64,000 nucleotides of DNA from assembly GCA_964501445.1 (NCBI GenBank), contig CAZCSJ010000001.1, forward strand, positions 7,248 through 71,247, written 5' to 3'. The notes under the pieces are model-generated. The model did no database searches, was not told the DNA's origin, and saw only the letters and a list, made by a program, of their open reading frames with translations. The first letter of the stretch is position 1; each line of letters opens with the position of its first letter. Source of the stretch: an uncultured Candidatus Saccharibacteria bacterium (GTDB taxonomy: Bacteria > Patescibacteriota > Minisyncoccia > Sungbacterales > HO2-52-23). The translations under genes were made by a program, and so were the position numbers. Below are positions 28,753 through 37,459 of the stretch, piece after piece.

Positions 28753-30231
28753 TCAGGCGCGAAGCGCTTCAAGCGCGTCGGCGGCGGCGAGAATCTTTAA
28801 TTCCTTGTGCCACGCGCCGATGAGCTGGAGTCCCACCGGCAGCATGACGCCCTCTCGCGCCACTTCCCCTACGGGGAGGGAGAGTGCCGGCAGGCCGGCA
28901 AGGTTAATCGCAACCGTGTAGATATCAGCAAGATACATGGAAAGCACGTCATCCGTCCTCTCTCCAATGCGAAACGCAGGAGAGGGGGTGGTCGGTCCCG
29001 CAATAATGTCCACTTCCTCAAATGCACGCGCAAAGTCGTCTCGTATGAGCCGCCGGACTTTTTGGGCCTTTGCATAGTACGCGTCATAGTACCCGGCCGA
29101 GAGCGCATAGGTGCCAAGCATGATGCGCCGTTTCACTTCCGGCCCGAGCCCTTCGCTTCGGGAACGCGCATAGACATCATAGAGCGCGATTTCGCGCATT
29201 GCCGCCACACTATGACCATACCGTATTCCGTCAAATCGCGCGAGGTTTGCCGACACTTCGGAGGGCACAATGACATAGTATGCGGGAAGAGCGAAGCGCG
29301 AGTGCGGCAGAGAAATATCTTTGACATCGGCCCCTGCGCGGCGCATCTCGTCAATTGCGTTTTTGATTGCTTCCGCAACATCGGGGTCAAGCCCATCTCC
29401 GAAGTATTCTTTGGGAACCCCGATCTTCAAGTTCTTCAGTTGATGAGTTGATGAGTTTATGAGTTCTCTTTCTGACTCCTTAAACTGATTAAACTCACCG
29501 ACTGAGGTCGCATCAAACGCATCTCCTCCCCTGATCGCCTCAAAGAGGATTCGCGCATCTTCAACGGTTTTGGTGATAGGTCCTATCTGATCAAGCGATG
29601 ATGCCATAGCAATGAGGCCGTGTCGCGAGACGCTCCCGTAGGTCGGCTTGAGGCCGACAACTCCGCAAAATGATGCGGGCTGGCGGATGGAGCCGCCGGT
29701 GTCGGAGCCAAGTGCGGCAACACAAAGACTTCCCGCAACCGCTGCGGCAGATCCTCCGGATGATCCGCCCGGAACCCGCGTCATGTCGCGCGGATTTTTT
29801 GTGGGGCCATATGCGGAATTTTCCGTGGAAGACCCCATGGCAAATTCGTCAAGATTCGTTTTCCCGAGCACAATCGCGCCCGCGGCTTTCAGCCGCGTGA
29901 TCACCGTTGCGTCGTAACTTGCCGTATACTCTTTAAGAACCTTGGAGCCCGCGGTGCAACGCATCCCCTCCACCATGATATTATCTTTTACGGCAATGGG
30001 GATGCCGAAAAGCGCGGGGAGACGCGCGCGCTCGACATCGCTCATGTTCTCAAGCATGGTATCACGCTCCTCGGCCTGCGTTTCTGTATCTTCGGAGAGC
30101 GTGAGGAAACTTTTGAGATGCGGGTCGCGTTCGCGTATCGCGCCGAGGCAGTGAGACAAAAGTTGTGTTACCGAAAACTCACCTTTGCGGAGTCCTTCGG
30201 CTGCCTGCTGAATTGTGAGCGTATTGAACAT
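28753..30231 (-). CDS. gatA: Glutamyl/aspartyl-tRNA amidotransferase subunit A
   Basis: Amidase signature GGSSGGSAAAVA. I place the start at the ATG at 30231 (MFNTLTIQQAAEGL..), because the ORF-track start 30270 lies inside repeat A. Confidence 0.93.
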   Translation of the reverse strand: MFNTLTIQQAAEGLRKGEFSVTQLLSHCLGAIRERDPHLKSFLTLSEDTETQAEERDTMLENMSDVERARLPALFGIPIAVKDNIMVEGMRCTAGSKVLKEYTASYDATVITRLKAAGAIVLGKTNLDEFAMGSSTENSAYGPTKNPRDMTRVPGGSSGGSAAAVAGSLCVAALGSDTGGSIRQPASFCGVVGLKPTYGSVSRHGLIAMASSLDQIGPITKTVEDARILFEAIRGGDAFDATSVGEFNQFKESERELINSSTHQLKNLKIGVPKEYFGDGLDPDVAEAIKNAIDEMRRAGADVKDISLPHSRFALPAYYVIVPSEVSANLARFDGIRYGHSVAAMREIALYDVYARSRSEGLGPEVKRRIMLGTYALSAGYYDAYYAKAQKVRRLIRDDFARAFEEVDIIAGPTTPSPAFRIGERTDDVLSMYLADIYTVAINLAGLPALSLPVGEVAREGVMLPVGLQLIGAWHKELKILAAADALEALRA

Positions 30232-30237
30232 ACTTGA

Positions 30238-30325
30238 CGCGATGCTAATATACGAATGCATACTAATCATACTAATACTTCCTATCCATTCGTATCATTA
30301 GTATTATTCGTATATTCGCATCGTA
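30238..30325 (-). repeat. Family-A intergenic TIR repeat, copy 2 (gatC stop to gatA start)
   Basis: GCGATGCTAATATACGAATGCATAC...CATTCGTATCATTAGTATTATTCGTATATTCGCATCG. Confidence 0.9.
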
Positions 30326-30619
30326 TTATTCAAACACCGCTTTTACTTTCACATATCCCTTTTCGCGCTCGGGCGCTGCGGAAAGCAGACGCTCCGGATT
30401 TCCTTCAAGCGATGTATCGATCGCATCGTCCTCTCGCATGACGTTTTTTAACTGCGTGCCGCCGGTCATGGGAAGAACATTCTCCGTATCCAATTCCCCC
30501 AACTGCTCCACAAACGACAAAATCGCCGAGAGTTCTTTCTCAAACTTCTCTTTTTCCGTGTCGGTCAGGGCGATTCGCGCGAGATGCGCGATATGTGCGA
30601 CGTCGTTTTTTGAAATCAT
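30326..30619 (-). CDS. gatC: Glutamyl/aspartyl-tRNA amidotransferase subunit C
   Basis: 97 aa. VAHIAHLARI.L...E......L..IL.FVE.L is GatC-typical. The ATGA overlaps the stop of the ligase gene. Confidence 0.9.
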   Translation of the reverse strand: MISKNDVAHIAHLARIALTDTEKEKFEKELSAILSFVEQLGELDTENVLPMTGGTQLKNVMREDDAIDTSLEGNPERLLSAAPEREKGYVKVKAVFE

Positions 30620-32394
30620 TTTCTGAACATCTTTTCTACTTCTCTCACGGTGGTGGCATCTTCCGGATTTTTGTCTTCGCGGTACCGCACCAGGCGCGGG
30701 AAACGGAGCGAGTAGCCCCGGGTGTGTTCCGTGCGCCCCGCGGTGTGCCGGGGAGAACGCGAAATTTCGTCTGCCAAGATCTCTGCAACGAGCGCCGGCT
30801 TCACCCAGATGTCGGGCGCGCTCTCCTTATCTGCCACATACTCTCTGGGCGGGGCAGAGACGCGGAGGGTCTCGATCCTTCGCTTTGTTTCGCGAAATTG
30901 CTCATCGGAGAGTCCGGTGCCAAGACGCGAAATGGTGTAGTACCGATCGTCTTTTCCCCGCACGCCAAGGAGCAGCCCGCCGATGCCAAATTGCGTACGT
31001 TTCCCTCTTCCTTTATATGCGCCCATGACGACACAGTCAATCGTATCAAGCACCTGTGTCCGCGTTTTCTTTGCGCCCGCACGGAGAGCCCCAAGCGCCG
31101 CAGACGTGCTCTTGATTTTCACCCAGTGAAATCCCCTGCTCCCGGCTTCATAGGGCGCCTCAAGATTTTTTATCACCAATCCCTCAAGACCCGCATCAAT
31201 GCTTTTTTTGAGTTCCCGCGCGACCAGGTCCGGATCATCGCTTTCTTTCTGTTCCGCGAGATGAATCGCGGATTTGTCTCTCTGATGCGCGAGCATCCTC
31301 TCAAGCGCTCCCCTTCGCTCCCGGAACGGACGCTCCAAGAGCGACTCTCCGTTTTTATAGAGCACATCAAACACGAATATCGCGAGAGGAATTTTTTTTG
31401 CAAACGCTTCTACATCGTGTTTTCGCTTGCGCTGAACGGTTTCCTGAAAGGGTGCGAAGCGATGGGTCTTTTGAGAGTACCCGATCGTTTCTCCGTCAAG
31501 AATGGCGCTTGAGAGTGAGAGCCGGCGCGCCGCGTCCTCAATTTCCGGAAACATCGCGGTGGTATTTTCAAGATTCCGGGAAAAGAGTGCGACTCGTTTC
31601 CTCCCCCCTTCGTTCCACACATGCACCTGCGTGCGGAAACCATCAAGTTTATATTCAATCCCCACGCGGGGGCCCGCTTTTTTCAACGCGTCGGGAATGT
31701 CTTTCACGCGCTCCGCGAGCGACGGCCGTATCGGAATGCCGAGTTTTGGCGTCACGCGCCCAAGGCCCGTGAGTCCGTGTTCTTTCACGCGTTTTGCAAT
31801 CGCGCCGATGTCGGCCGTCACATTATACGCCCGCTCTATGACTTGGCGCGCTGATTTATCCCCTCTCTCCAGAACCGAGAGCGCGTCAAGGATCGTGGCA
31901 TCCGAAAATCCAAGGCGGAGTTTTCCCACCGGAATCCGCGCGACAAAGCGCGCAGACAATGGATCAAGGGAAGAGAGAATATCTGCCATCGCGCGAATTT
32001 TTCGCTCCTGGCTTCCCTCGCCCGAATCCTTTGCCAGATGCAGGAGCCGGTCGTAGATATCGCGTATGCGAAGGGTACCCGCGGATCTTCGCGTGCCGCG
32101 CGCGAGTTCTTCTGCGGTATCGCCGATATCCCCCTTTGTTTTATAGCGTCTCGCAACTGCATCCTGCGGTATGCCATAGGCGGCCGCGAGCGCCTGCACC
32201 ATGAGCTTCTCCGCAATTTGAAATTCCACTCCGCGGTACGCGGGCAGAAGTTCGCCGAGAAGCACATAACACGCGGCGTCAATTTCATCCGCGCGGATTT
32301 TTTTGAAGAGTGCGGCAAGGAGCCGCGTCATTTCATTGCGGGAAGGGGTTTTTTCAAGCTCTTCAAGATGCGTTGCGAATTCGGAGATGATCAT
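30616..32394 (-). CDS. ATP-dependent DNA ligase (archaeal/eukaryal Lig1-like, with an N-terminal DNA-binding domain)
   Basis: 592 aa. Adenylation motif I in IEYKLDGFRTQVH (KxDG), plus OB-fold C-terminal motifs. Confidence 0.9.
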   Translation of the reverse strand: MIISEFATHLEELEKTPSRNEMTRLLAALFKKIRADEIDAACYVLLGELLPAYRGVEFQIAEKLMVQALAAAYGIPQDAVARRYKTKGDIGDTAEELARGTRRSAGTLRIRDIYDRLLHLAKDSGEGSQERKIRAMADILSSLDPLSARFVARIPVGKLRLGFSDATILDALSVLERGDKSARQVIERAYNVTADIGAIAKRVKEHGLTGLGRVTPKLGIPIRPSLAERVKDIPDALKKAGPRVGIEYKLDGFRTQVHVWNEGGRKRVALFSRNLENTTAMFPEIEDAARRLSLSSAILDGETIGYSQKTHRFAPFQETVQRKRKHDVEAFAKKIPLAIFVFDVLYKNGESLLERPFRERRGALERMLAHQRDKSAIHLAEQKESDDPDLVARELKKSIDAGLEGLVIKNLEAPYEAGSRGFHWVKIKSTSAALGALRAGAKKTRTQVLDTIDCVVMGAYKGRGKRTQFGIGGLLLGVRGKDDRYYTISRLGTGLSDEQFRETKRRIETLRVSAPPREYVADKESAPDIWVKPALVAEILADEISRSPRHTAGRTEHTRGYSLRFPRLVRYREDKNPEDATTVREVEKMFRK

Positions 32395-32418
32395 CCCCGT
32401 ATATCAACCTCGACTGCG

Positions 32419-32450
32419 CTCCGCCTCCGCCAGCTGGCGGAGGCGGAGCG
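32419..32450. repeat. Perfect 32-bp palindrome (family-D core CCGCCAGCTGGCGG), likely a terminator between the pilin block and the ligase gene
   Basis: GCTCCGCCTCCGCCAGCTGGCGGAGGCGGAGC, flanked by family-C-like arms. Confidence 0.9.
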
Positions 32451-32567
32451 GCTCGTTCGGAGTTGATAAATGAGCGGTTAGGTTATCTTTGTATACATTG
32501 TTCACATCCATACAGAGGGTATCGCTTTACGCACTGACTATAGTCGAGGTTGTATTACGGGGTCATT

Positions 32568-33008
32568 TCAGTAGACAACCTGGAACCCGCGCCGGACCAC
32601 ACGGTCGGGATTCACACCGCAGCGGTATTGGCCGGACGCTTGGATCACAGTATCAAGAACGCCATCGGGCGGCTCCACATCCTTCTGTGATACTTTCACC
32701 GTATAGCAGGCGCTCGCACCTCCGCCCGAAGAAATGGTGATGGTCTCTTCGGGCATACAGGGATCTCCGAAATTCACCACGTTTCCTTTATCGCATACAT
32801 CGTCTGCCGCTCTCCGGTCGCGATAGAGCATCCGCTCCATGCCTTGGTCGGCCGCATAGGACGCAAAAAAAGAATCCGCGAGTTCCCCGGAAATCCGAAG
32901 CTGGCCGTAGGCAACATTGAAAATCCCTACGCTGATAGAGAGGAGAGCGGAGACGATCACCACGACAAGGAGGAGAGTAATACCCTCACGCGAATGAAAC
33001 TTGAACAT
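32568..33008 (-). CDS. Minor pseudopilin-like protein (no Glu at +5)
   Basis: I place the start at the ATG at 33008 (MFKFHSREGITLLLVVVIVSALL..). The longer ORF-track N-terminus is encoded by a 15-bp inverted repeat (33030-33044 / 33074-33088). Confidence 0.6.
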   Translation of the reverse strand: MFKFHSREGITLLLVVVIVSALLSISVGIFNVAYGQLRISGELADSFFASYAADQGMERMLYRDRRAADDVCDKGNVVNFGDPCMPEETITISSGGGASACYTVKVSQKDVEPPDGVLDTVIQASGQYRCGVNPDRVVRRGFQVVY

Positions 33009-33118
33009 CACGCCAACACGCGAACATATGCGAACAACGCAAATGAAAACACCAGGAGTATCTTGAGTCATTGATTTGCGTTGTTCGCGTTGAGTTCGTG
33101 TCGTTCGCATGATGCTGT

Positions 33119-33877
33119 TTAAAATTCCCTTAGCCGCGGGACAATGCTCGTCTGAAGCGACAGGGACACAGGAGACGAGAGCCGCGGATCTGCGGACTGG
33201 ACTTGAAGGACGATCGTCGCGATCGGCTGGCCATCGGAAGAACCCCGCGTCGCGCCATGGAGAACGAAACGGAGATTTTTCACTCTCACCTCATCGCTCG
33301 TGAGCGGCTGGGTGTATGCCGTCTCCCCGCAGTTTTGGTGATTTACACTGTCACTCATCCGCATGATGGTGAGATTTTCCGGCCGCGAATCCCAGTAGTA
33401 GGTAATCTGCGTTCCCTCGGAGTTGGTAAACGTGAGTTCGTGGATCGGATCAAACCCGGAACCCACGCAGTTTAACCCAAAGGAGGTATTTTGGTACCCA
33501 AAACCCGTGCGGAGCTCTTTTGTAATCAACTCCAAACTGAAACGGACATTATCTTGGATCGCCTGGGTTTCGGCCGCGCGGACCTGCGCATTCATGATAT
33601 CAATCGTGACTCCGATCGCGCTCACCACGATCACCAAAAAAATCCCCATGGAGGTAACCATCTCAAGCAAGGTAAACCCGTTTCGCCCCCCACCCCACGA
33701 TGAGATTCCTATGCGTTTTTGCGAAATTGTGGAGGCGTGGCGCACAAATAACCGAAGCGAGGAGGATGGGAAACAGGGGCGCGAGTCCCGCGGGAAGCGG
33801 GACGAGCGAACACTGAGGGGTTCCCGCCGACGAGCGAGGATTATTTGTCCACGCCGAAACGTTGAAGCAAAACGCAT
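33119..33877 (-). CDS. Type IV pilin-like pseudopilin with a long identical N-terminal module
   Basis: G|FTLLEMVTSMGIFLVIVV prepilin motif. The ATG at 33877 lies 7 nt after the upstream stop. The first about 70 codons are identical to the next gene. Confidence 0.75.
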   Translation of the reverse strand: MRFASTFRRGQIILARRREPLSVRSSRFPRDSRPCFPSSSLRLFVRHASTISQKRIGISSWGGGRNGFTLLEMVTSMGIFLVIVVSAIGVTIDIMNAQVRAAETQAIQDNVRFSLELITKELRTGFGYQNTSFGLNCVGSGFDPIHELTFTNSEGTQITYYWDSRPENLTIMRMSDSVNHQNCGETAYTQPLTSDEVRVKNLRFVLHGATRGSSDGQPIATIVLQVQSADPRLSSPVSLSLQTSIVPRLREF

Positions 33878-33879
33878 AG
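33663..33879 (-). repeat. Duplicated pseudopilin 5-prime module, copy 1
   Basis: 33663-33863 is identical base for base to 34456-34656 (201 bp, compared by eye). Similarity continues through the ATG. Confidence 0.95.
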
Positions 33880-33884
33880 GAATC

Positions 33885-34670
33885 TCATCTCCAATTATAT
33901 AATCGCTCCCGCAACTCGACCTCTTTTCGCACTCCGCGCTCATCCCACCATACTCGTGAGATAACATCCATTTGGTCGTTCTTGTTGATGTTATTCGCTT
34001 GATCTTCATTATCGGGCGGCGATCTCACGGTGACGGTGCGGCGAAAGATCGTGGGCTCCGCACCGCCGTATCCCACAAGACCGGTTGCTGGATCCCGCGA
34101 GAGATTTTGATTCCCCACGCCGGCCTGGGCAGGAGAAAACAACGGCATGGGAATTACGGGGTTTCCCCCGCACGTGATTCCTTCCGGTCCGATCTGGGTG
34201 GCATCCACCTCCCATGTGCCGTCCATGGATCCGCTCCCCGAGGGATGACGCTCCCAATCCCATTTTGGCTTGCCGTTCAATTGATCGCACAGCACATTAT
34301 TTTCACGCACGAGCCGCACGATCTCAATTCCCTCTTGCGCGAGGTGCAGGGCGGCAAGACGGTTTTTGGCGGAAGGGAAAGAAGAAATACTGCGCGTGAC
34401 CACCGCAACCGGCCCCACGACTGCCGCGAGAATCAGAGAGAGGGCGATAATGGTTTCAAGCAAGGTAAACCCGTTTCGCCCCCCACCCCACGATGAGATT
34501 CCTATGCGTTTTTGCGAAATTGTGGAGGCGTGGCGCACAAATAACCGAAGCGAGGAGGATGGGAAACAGGGGCGCGAGTCCCGCGGGAAGCGGGACGAGC
34601 GAACACTGAGGGGTTCCCGCCGACGAGCGAGGATTATTTGTCCACGCCGAAACGTTTGAGTAAAACGCAT
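33885..34670 (-). CDS. Type IV pilin-like pseudopilin with a long identical N-terminal module
   Basis: G|FTLLETIIALSLILAAVV prepilin motif. The ATG at 34670 lies 7 nt after the upstream stop. Confidence 0.75.
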   Translation of the reverse strand: MRFTQTFRRGQIILARRREPLSVRSSRFPRDSRPCFPSSSLRLFVRHASTISQKRIGISSWGGGRNGFTLLETIIALSLILAAVVGPVAVVTRSISSFPSAKNRLAALHLAQEGIEIVRLVRENNVLCDQLNGKPKWDWERHPSGSGSMDGTWEVDATQIGPEGITCGGNPVIPMPLFSPAQAGVGNQNLSRDPATGLVGYGGAEPTIFRRTVTVRSPPDNEDQANNINKNDQMDVISRVWWDERGVRKEVELRERLYNWR

Positions 34671-34672
34671 AG
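34456..34672 (-). repeat. Duplicated pseudopilin 5-prime module, copy 2
   Basis: See copy 1. Confidence 0.95.
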
Positions 34673-34677
34673 TGGCT

Positions 34678-35334
34678 TCACTTTATACTTATCTGCCCGT
34701 TCGTTTTCACAATGATGGTTCGCTGCGGACTGCCGTCGGAGGGGGCCACGACAATACGCAGTTCACTTCCAATATCTGCTCCATTCTCATCGGTAAGCGT
34801 GAGTTTTGCTTCTGGCGCGGCAAAAAGAACGTGCGCCGCGGGATAGGGATTTTGCGACTGCAAGCCGCGGAGTTCATAGATCGTGGTACCACGCGGCAAG
34901 TAATACTTTTGGATATCAAGATCCGCGCCGCCTTGCTCGCCGAGCGGCACATATTTTCCGTCAGGCGGATTTCCCATATCGGCAAAAGTTTGCGTGGAGA
35001 GTTCCCCTGCCCGAATCCACACCCCGACCACCGGAGCGGTCACGGGTCCCGCCTGTGTCGGTACGGCGCGCACCGCGAGCGCCATGTTCTGGGCGCTCCG
35101 AAGGGTAAGTGCTACCTCGCGGCTGGCGCGGTTCAATACCCCTCCCTCATTGAGGCCGGTGAAACTCACAAGCACCAACGCGCTCATGAAGGTTACCACC
35201 GCAATCATGACGACCGCTTCAACGAGTGTGAATCCCGCACATAACTTCTTTTTACTTCTCTCGTGCACCCCTTCATTGTATCGTGTTTTGTCTAAATAAA
35301 AAATCCCCTCGTATGGGCAATGGGATTCTCGCAT
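34678..35334 (-). CDS. Type IV pilin-like pseudopilin
   Basis: KKKLCAG|FTLVEAVVMIAVV prepilin motif. The real start may be the in-frame GTG at 35268, which would give a 12-aa leader. Confidence 0.8.
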   Translation of the reverse strand: MRESHCPYEGIFYLDKTRYNEGVHERSKKKLCAGFTLVEAVVMIAVVTFMSALVLVSFTGLNEGGVLNRASREVALTLRSAQNMALAVRAVPTQAGPVTAPVVGVWIRAGELSTQTFADMGNPPDGKYVPLGEQGGADLDIQKYYLPRGTTIYELRGLQSQNPYPAAHVLFAAPEAKLTLTDENGADIGSELRIVVAPSDGSPQRTIIVKTNGQISIK

Positions 35335-35354
35335 ACACCTATCTACGTTTCCAT

Positions 35355-35421
35355 GTCATCCTGAGGGCGAAGCCCGAAGGATCTTGAGATTCTTCTCCGC
35401 CAACTGGCGGATCAGAATGAC
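35355..35421. repeat. Family-E palindromic element with a nested family-D-like core
   Basis: GTCATCCTGAGGGCGAAG...CTCCGCCAACTGGCGGATCAGAATGAC. Confidence 0.8.
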
Positions 35422-35428
35422 AAAAAAA

Positions 35429-35839
35429 TCACTTTTCAAACCGCAGTTCGTATTGGTCGCCTGACGCGATGGTGAGCGCGCGAAGGGGACCTGCCACCGG
35501 CGCGCCATTTTTATACACCACGCCGCGGCGGATGCGGTCAGACCCGTCTCCGGAGAGAATCTCCTCACCCTCTATTCGGATGGGGAGGTCGGCATCGCGA
35601 ATGATCTCCTTGAGGACAAGAGAGAACGGATAGGATGAATTTTCCATCGGCCCCTCAAATGCGCGTCGTGTTCCGTTTCCAAAATCAATGCTCACCCATG
35701 CGGCCTTTGCGCTCTGATGCAAAAGAGGAGAAACAGAACCCTCATCCTTTTTTGCGACAAAAAGAGGCACCGCGACAAAAAAGAGGAGCGCCGCGGAGGT
35801 AATCAGGAGTATGAAAATGAGGGGGAGGCGTACGCGCAT
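35429..35839 (-). CDS. Membrane-anchored hypothetical protein of the pilus locus
   Basis: MRVRLPLIFILLITSAALLFFVAV.. gives a single TM plus a roughly 100-aa extracytoplasmic domain. No family assigned. Confidence 0.6.
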   Translation of the reverse strand: MRVRLPLIFILLITSAALLFFVAVPLFVAKKDEGSVSPLLHQSAKAAWVSIDFGNGTRRAFEGPMENSSYPFSLVLKEIIRDADLPIRIEGEEILSGDGSDRIRRGVVYKNGAPVAGPLRALTIASGDQYELRFEK

Positions 35840-35901
35840 ATAGTTATTATTTTGAAACCCGCTCAAGAATCTGCCCGCCTGATATTACTACTGTTCATTA
35901 G

Positions 35902-36732
35902 TTAGAGAAATAAGGGGAAACCTGCGATACGCAAAAGTGTGGAGCTGTAAAAATATGCGATGAGAGTGCCTAAAAGAATAAAGGGACCGAAAGGTATGGT
36001 TTCGGCAAGAGTTCTCCTTTTTGAAAAAAGAAGCAGAATACCCACCGCAGCCCCTGTCCAGAACGAAAAGAGGAATGCGGCAATTGACGCGGGGAATCCC
36101 ACAAGGAGCGAGGTTGCGAGCGCCAATTTCGCATCGCCAAATCCCATCCAGCGGCCGCGCGACGCATACCAGAGAACCGCAAAAAAGAGTGCGATCACAC
36201 ACGCGCTTATTCCATCATAGAGGAGAGACCCAAACCATGACAATGACGATGACCATGATGGCAACGATGATAAAGACCGCATGATGGTGGCGGCAATACC
36301 CAAAAACGCCAATACGAGCACCGCGCCGTCAGGAATAATCATCCAACGGAGATCCGACACAAAAATCACGATTGCGGCGGCGATGCCGACGAATACGGCG
36401 CTAAGAAGTGCGAGGGATCCAAGCGATGCGTCAAGCGACGGCAAGAGGTGCCAGAGCGCAATGCCGTAGGCAAGGGCAGTTCCCGCTTCCACAAGCGGGT
36501 ATTGGAGCGAAAGGGCGGCGCCGCATGAACGGCACCGCCCTTTCTGAAAAAGAAAACTTGCAACCGGAATGAGTTCTTTTATTGAGAGGGTGCGCGCGCA
36601 GTGGGGACAGCGCGATCGCCCTCCGAGCGTCTCTCCATTCTTGCCGCGCAGGATCACCACATTGAGGAAGCTCCCGACGACGAGTCCGAGAATCACCGCG
36701 CCTCCTATCGCGATGTAAGCGAACGGAAGCAT
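35902..36732 (-). CDS. pilD: Prepilin peptidase (A24 family)
   Basis: 276 aa. The Cys-pairs CPHC...CRSC, the catalytic Asp motifs GFGDAKL, and the IPFGPF C-terminus. Confidence 0.92.
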   Translation of the reverse strand: MLPFAYIAIGGAVILGLVVGSFLNVVILRGKNGETLGGRSRCPHCARTLSIKELIPVASFLFQKGRCRSCGAALSLQYPLVEAGTALAYGIALWHLLPSLDASLGSLALLSAVFVGIAAAIVIFVSDLRWMIIPDGAVLVLAFLGIAATIMRSLSSLPSWSSSLSWFGSLLYDGISACVIALFFAVLWYASRGRWMGFGDAKLALATSLLVGFPASIAAFLFSFWTGAAVGILLLFSKRRTLAETIPFGPFILLGTLIAYFYSSTLLRIAGFPLFL

Positions 36733-36741
36733 GGAGGGGAG

Positions 36742-37281
36742 TTATGGACGCACGTCGTAGCAGGTTTCGTCCTCCACAGGATCGGCTTTCGTACCATCGC
36801 ACTGACCGGTTGTCGTCTCACTCTGTCCGTGGAAGCCGTTCGTATAAGCGGTGGAGTCAAAATCAGCATCGGTCTTAAGAGCCCCCTGTTTCTTATCTTC
36901 CAGCCGCCCTCCCAAGTGGTACGTGGTGGGCTTCGTATCGTCTTTCACCGTCGCGTATCGGTAACAGGTATCTGATGAACCCGCATCCCGAGGCACTTGC
37001 GGAATTTGAGTTCCTTCCATTACTTCCAAGCCGTTATCCGTGCTCGCGTCGCAACCCGCTGATGCCACCGGATATTTGCTGTTCGCGTCAAAATAGAGTT
37101 CAAGGGCAAGCTGAATCTGCTTCAAATCGCTTATGCGGCGCACATCGCGCGATTTCTGGCGGGCGTTGTTTAACGACGCGAGCACGATGGAGGAGAGCAC
37201 CCCGATGATTGCAATGACGACCAGAAGTTCTATCAACGTGAAGCCGATGTCGGCGCGCTTTTTATTCAGTAATTGGACCAT
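36742..37281 (-). CDS. Type IV major pilin-like protein
   Basis: 179 aa. KKRADIG|FTLIELLVVIAIIGVLSSIVL is the canonical class III signal. Confidence 0.88.
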   Translation of the reverse strand: MVQLLNKKRADIGFTLIELLVVIAIIGVLSSIVLASLNNARQKSRDVRRISDLKQIQLALELYFDANSKYPVASAGCDASTDNGLEVMEGTQIPQVPRDAGSSDTCYRYATVKDDTKPTTYHLGGRLEDKKQGALKTDADFDSTAYTNGFHGQSETTTGQCDGTKADPVEDETCYDVRP

Positions 37282-37391
37282 GTCGTAATTAAAATTAAAG
37301 GATTAAATAAAATTACGTGTTCACAAATGAGGTATGCGACCTTTTTCTATTATACGCGAGCGCGAATACTATACAAAATATGTTATCCACA

Positions 37392-37459
37392 TCCCGTTAG
37401 AGGTCCGATTTTCTTAGAGAAAATCGGCAGAAACCATAGGTTTCTTACCTCTAACGGGA
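37392..37459 (-). repeat. Family-B inverted-repeat element, copy 2 (immediately after the pilC stop)
   Basis: TCCCGTTAGAGGT ... ACCTCTAACGGGA enclosing two hairpins (CCGATTTTC/GAAAATCGG and AGAAACC/GGTTTCT). Confidence 0.85.

Noticed and set aside
33119-34009. The ORF-track version of the pseudopilin gene (start 34009) and + strand ORFs 33423-33902 and 34366-34659
   Set aside because: The longer start overlaps the 3-prime end of the upstream gene. The ATG at 33877, 7 nt after that gene's stop, mirrors the arrangement of its paralogue. The + strand ORFs are antisense reads of the duplicated GC-rich module.
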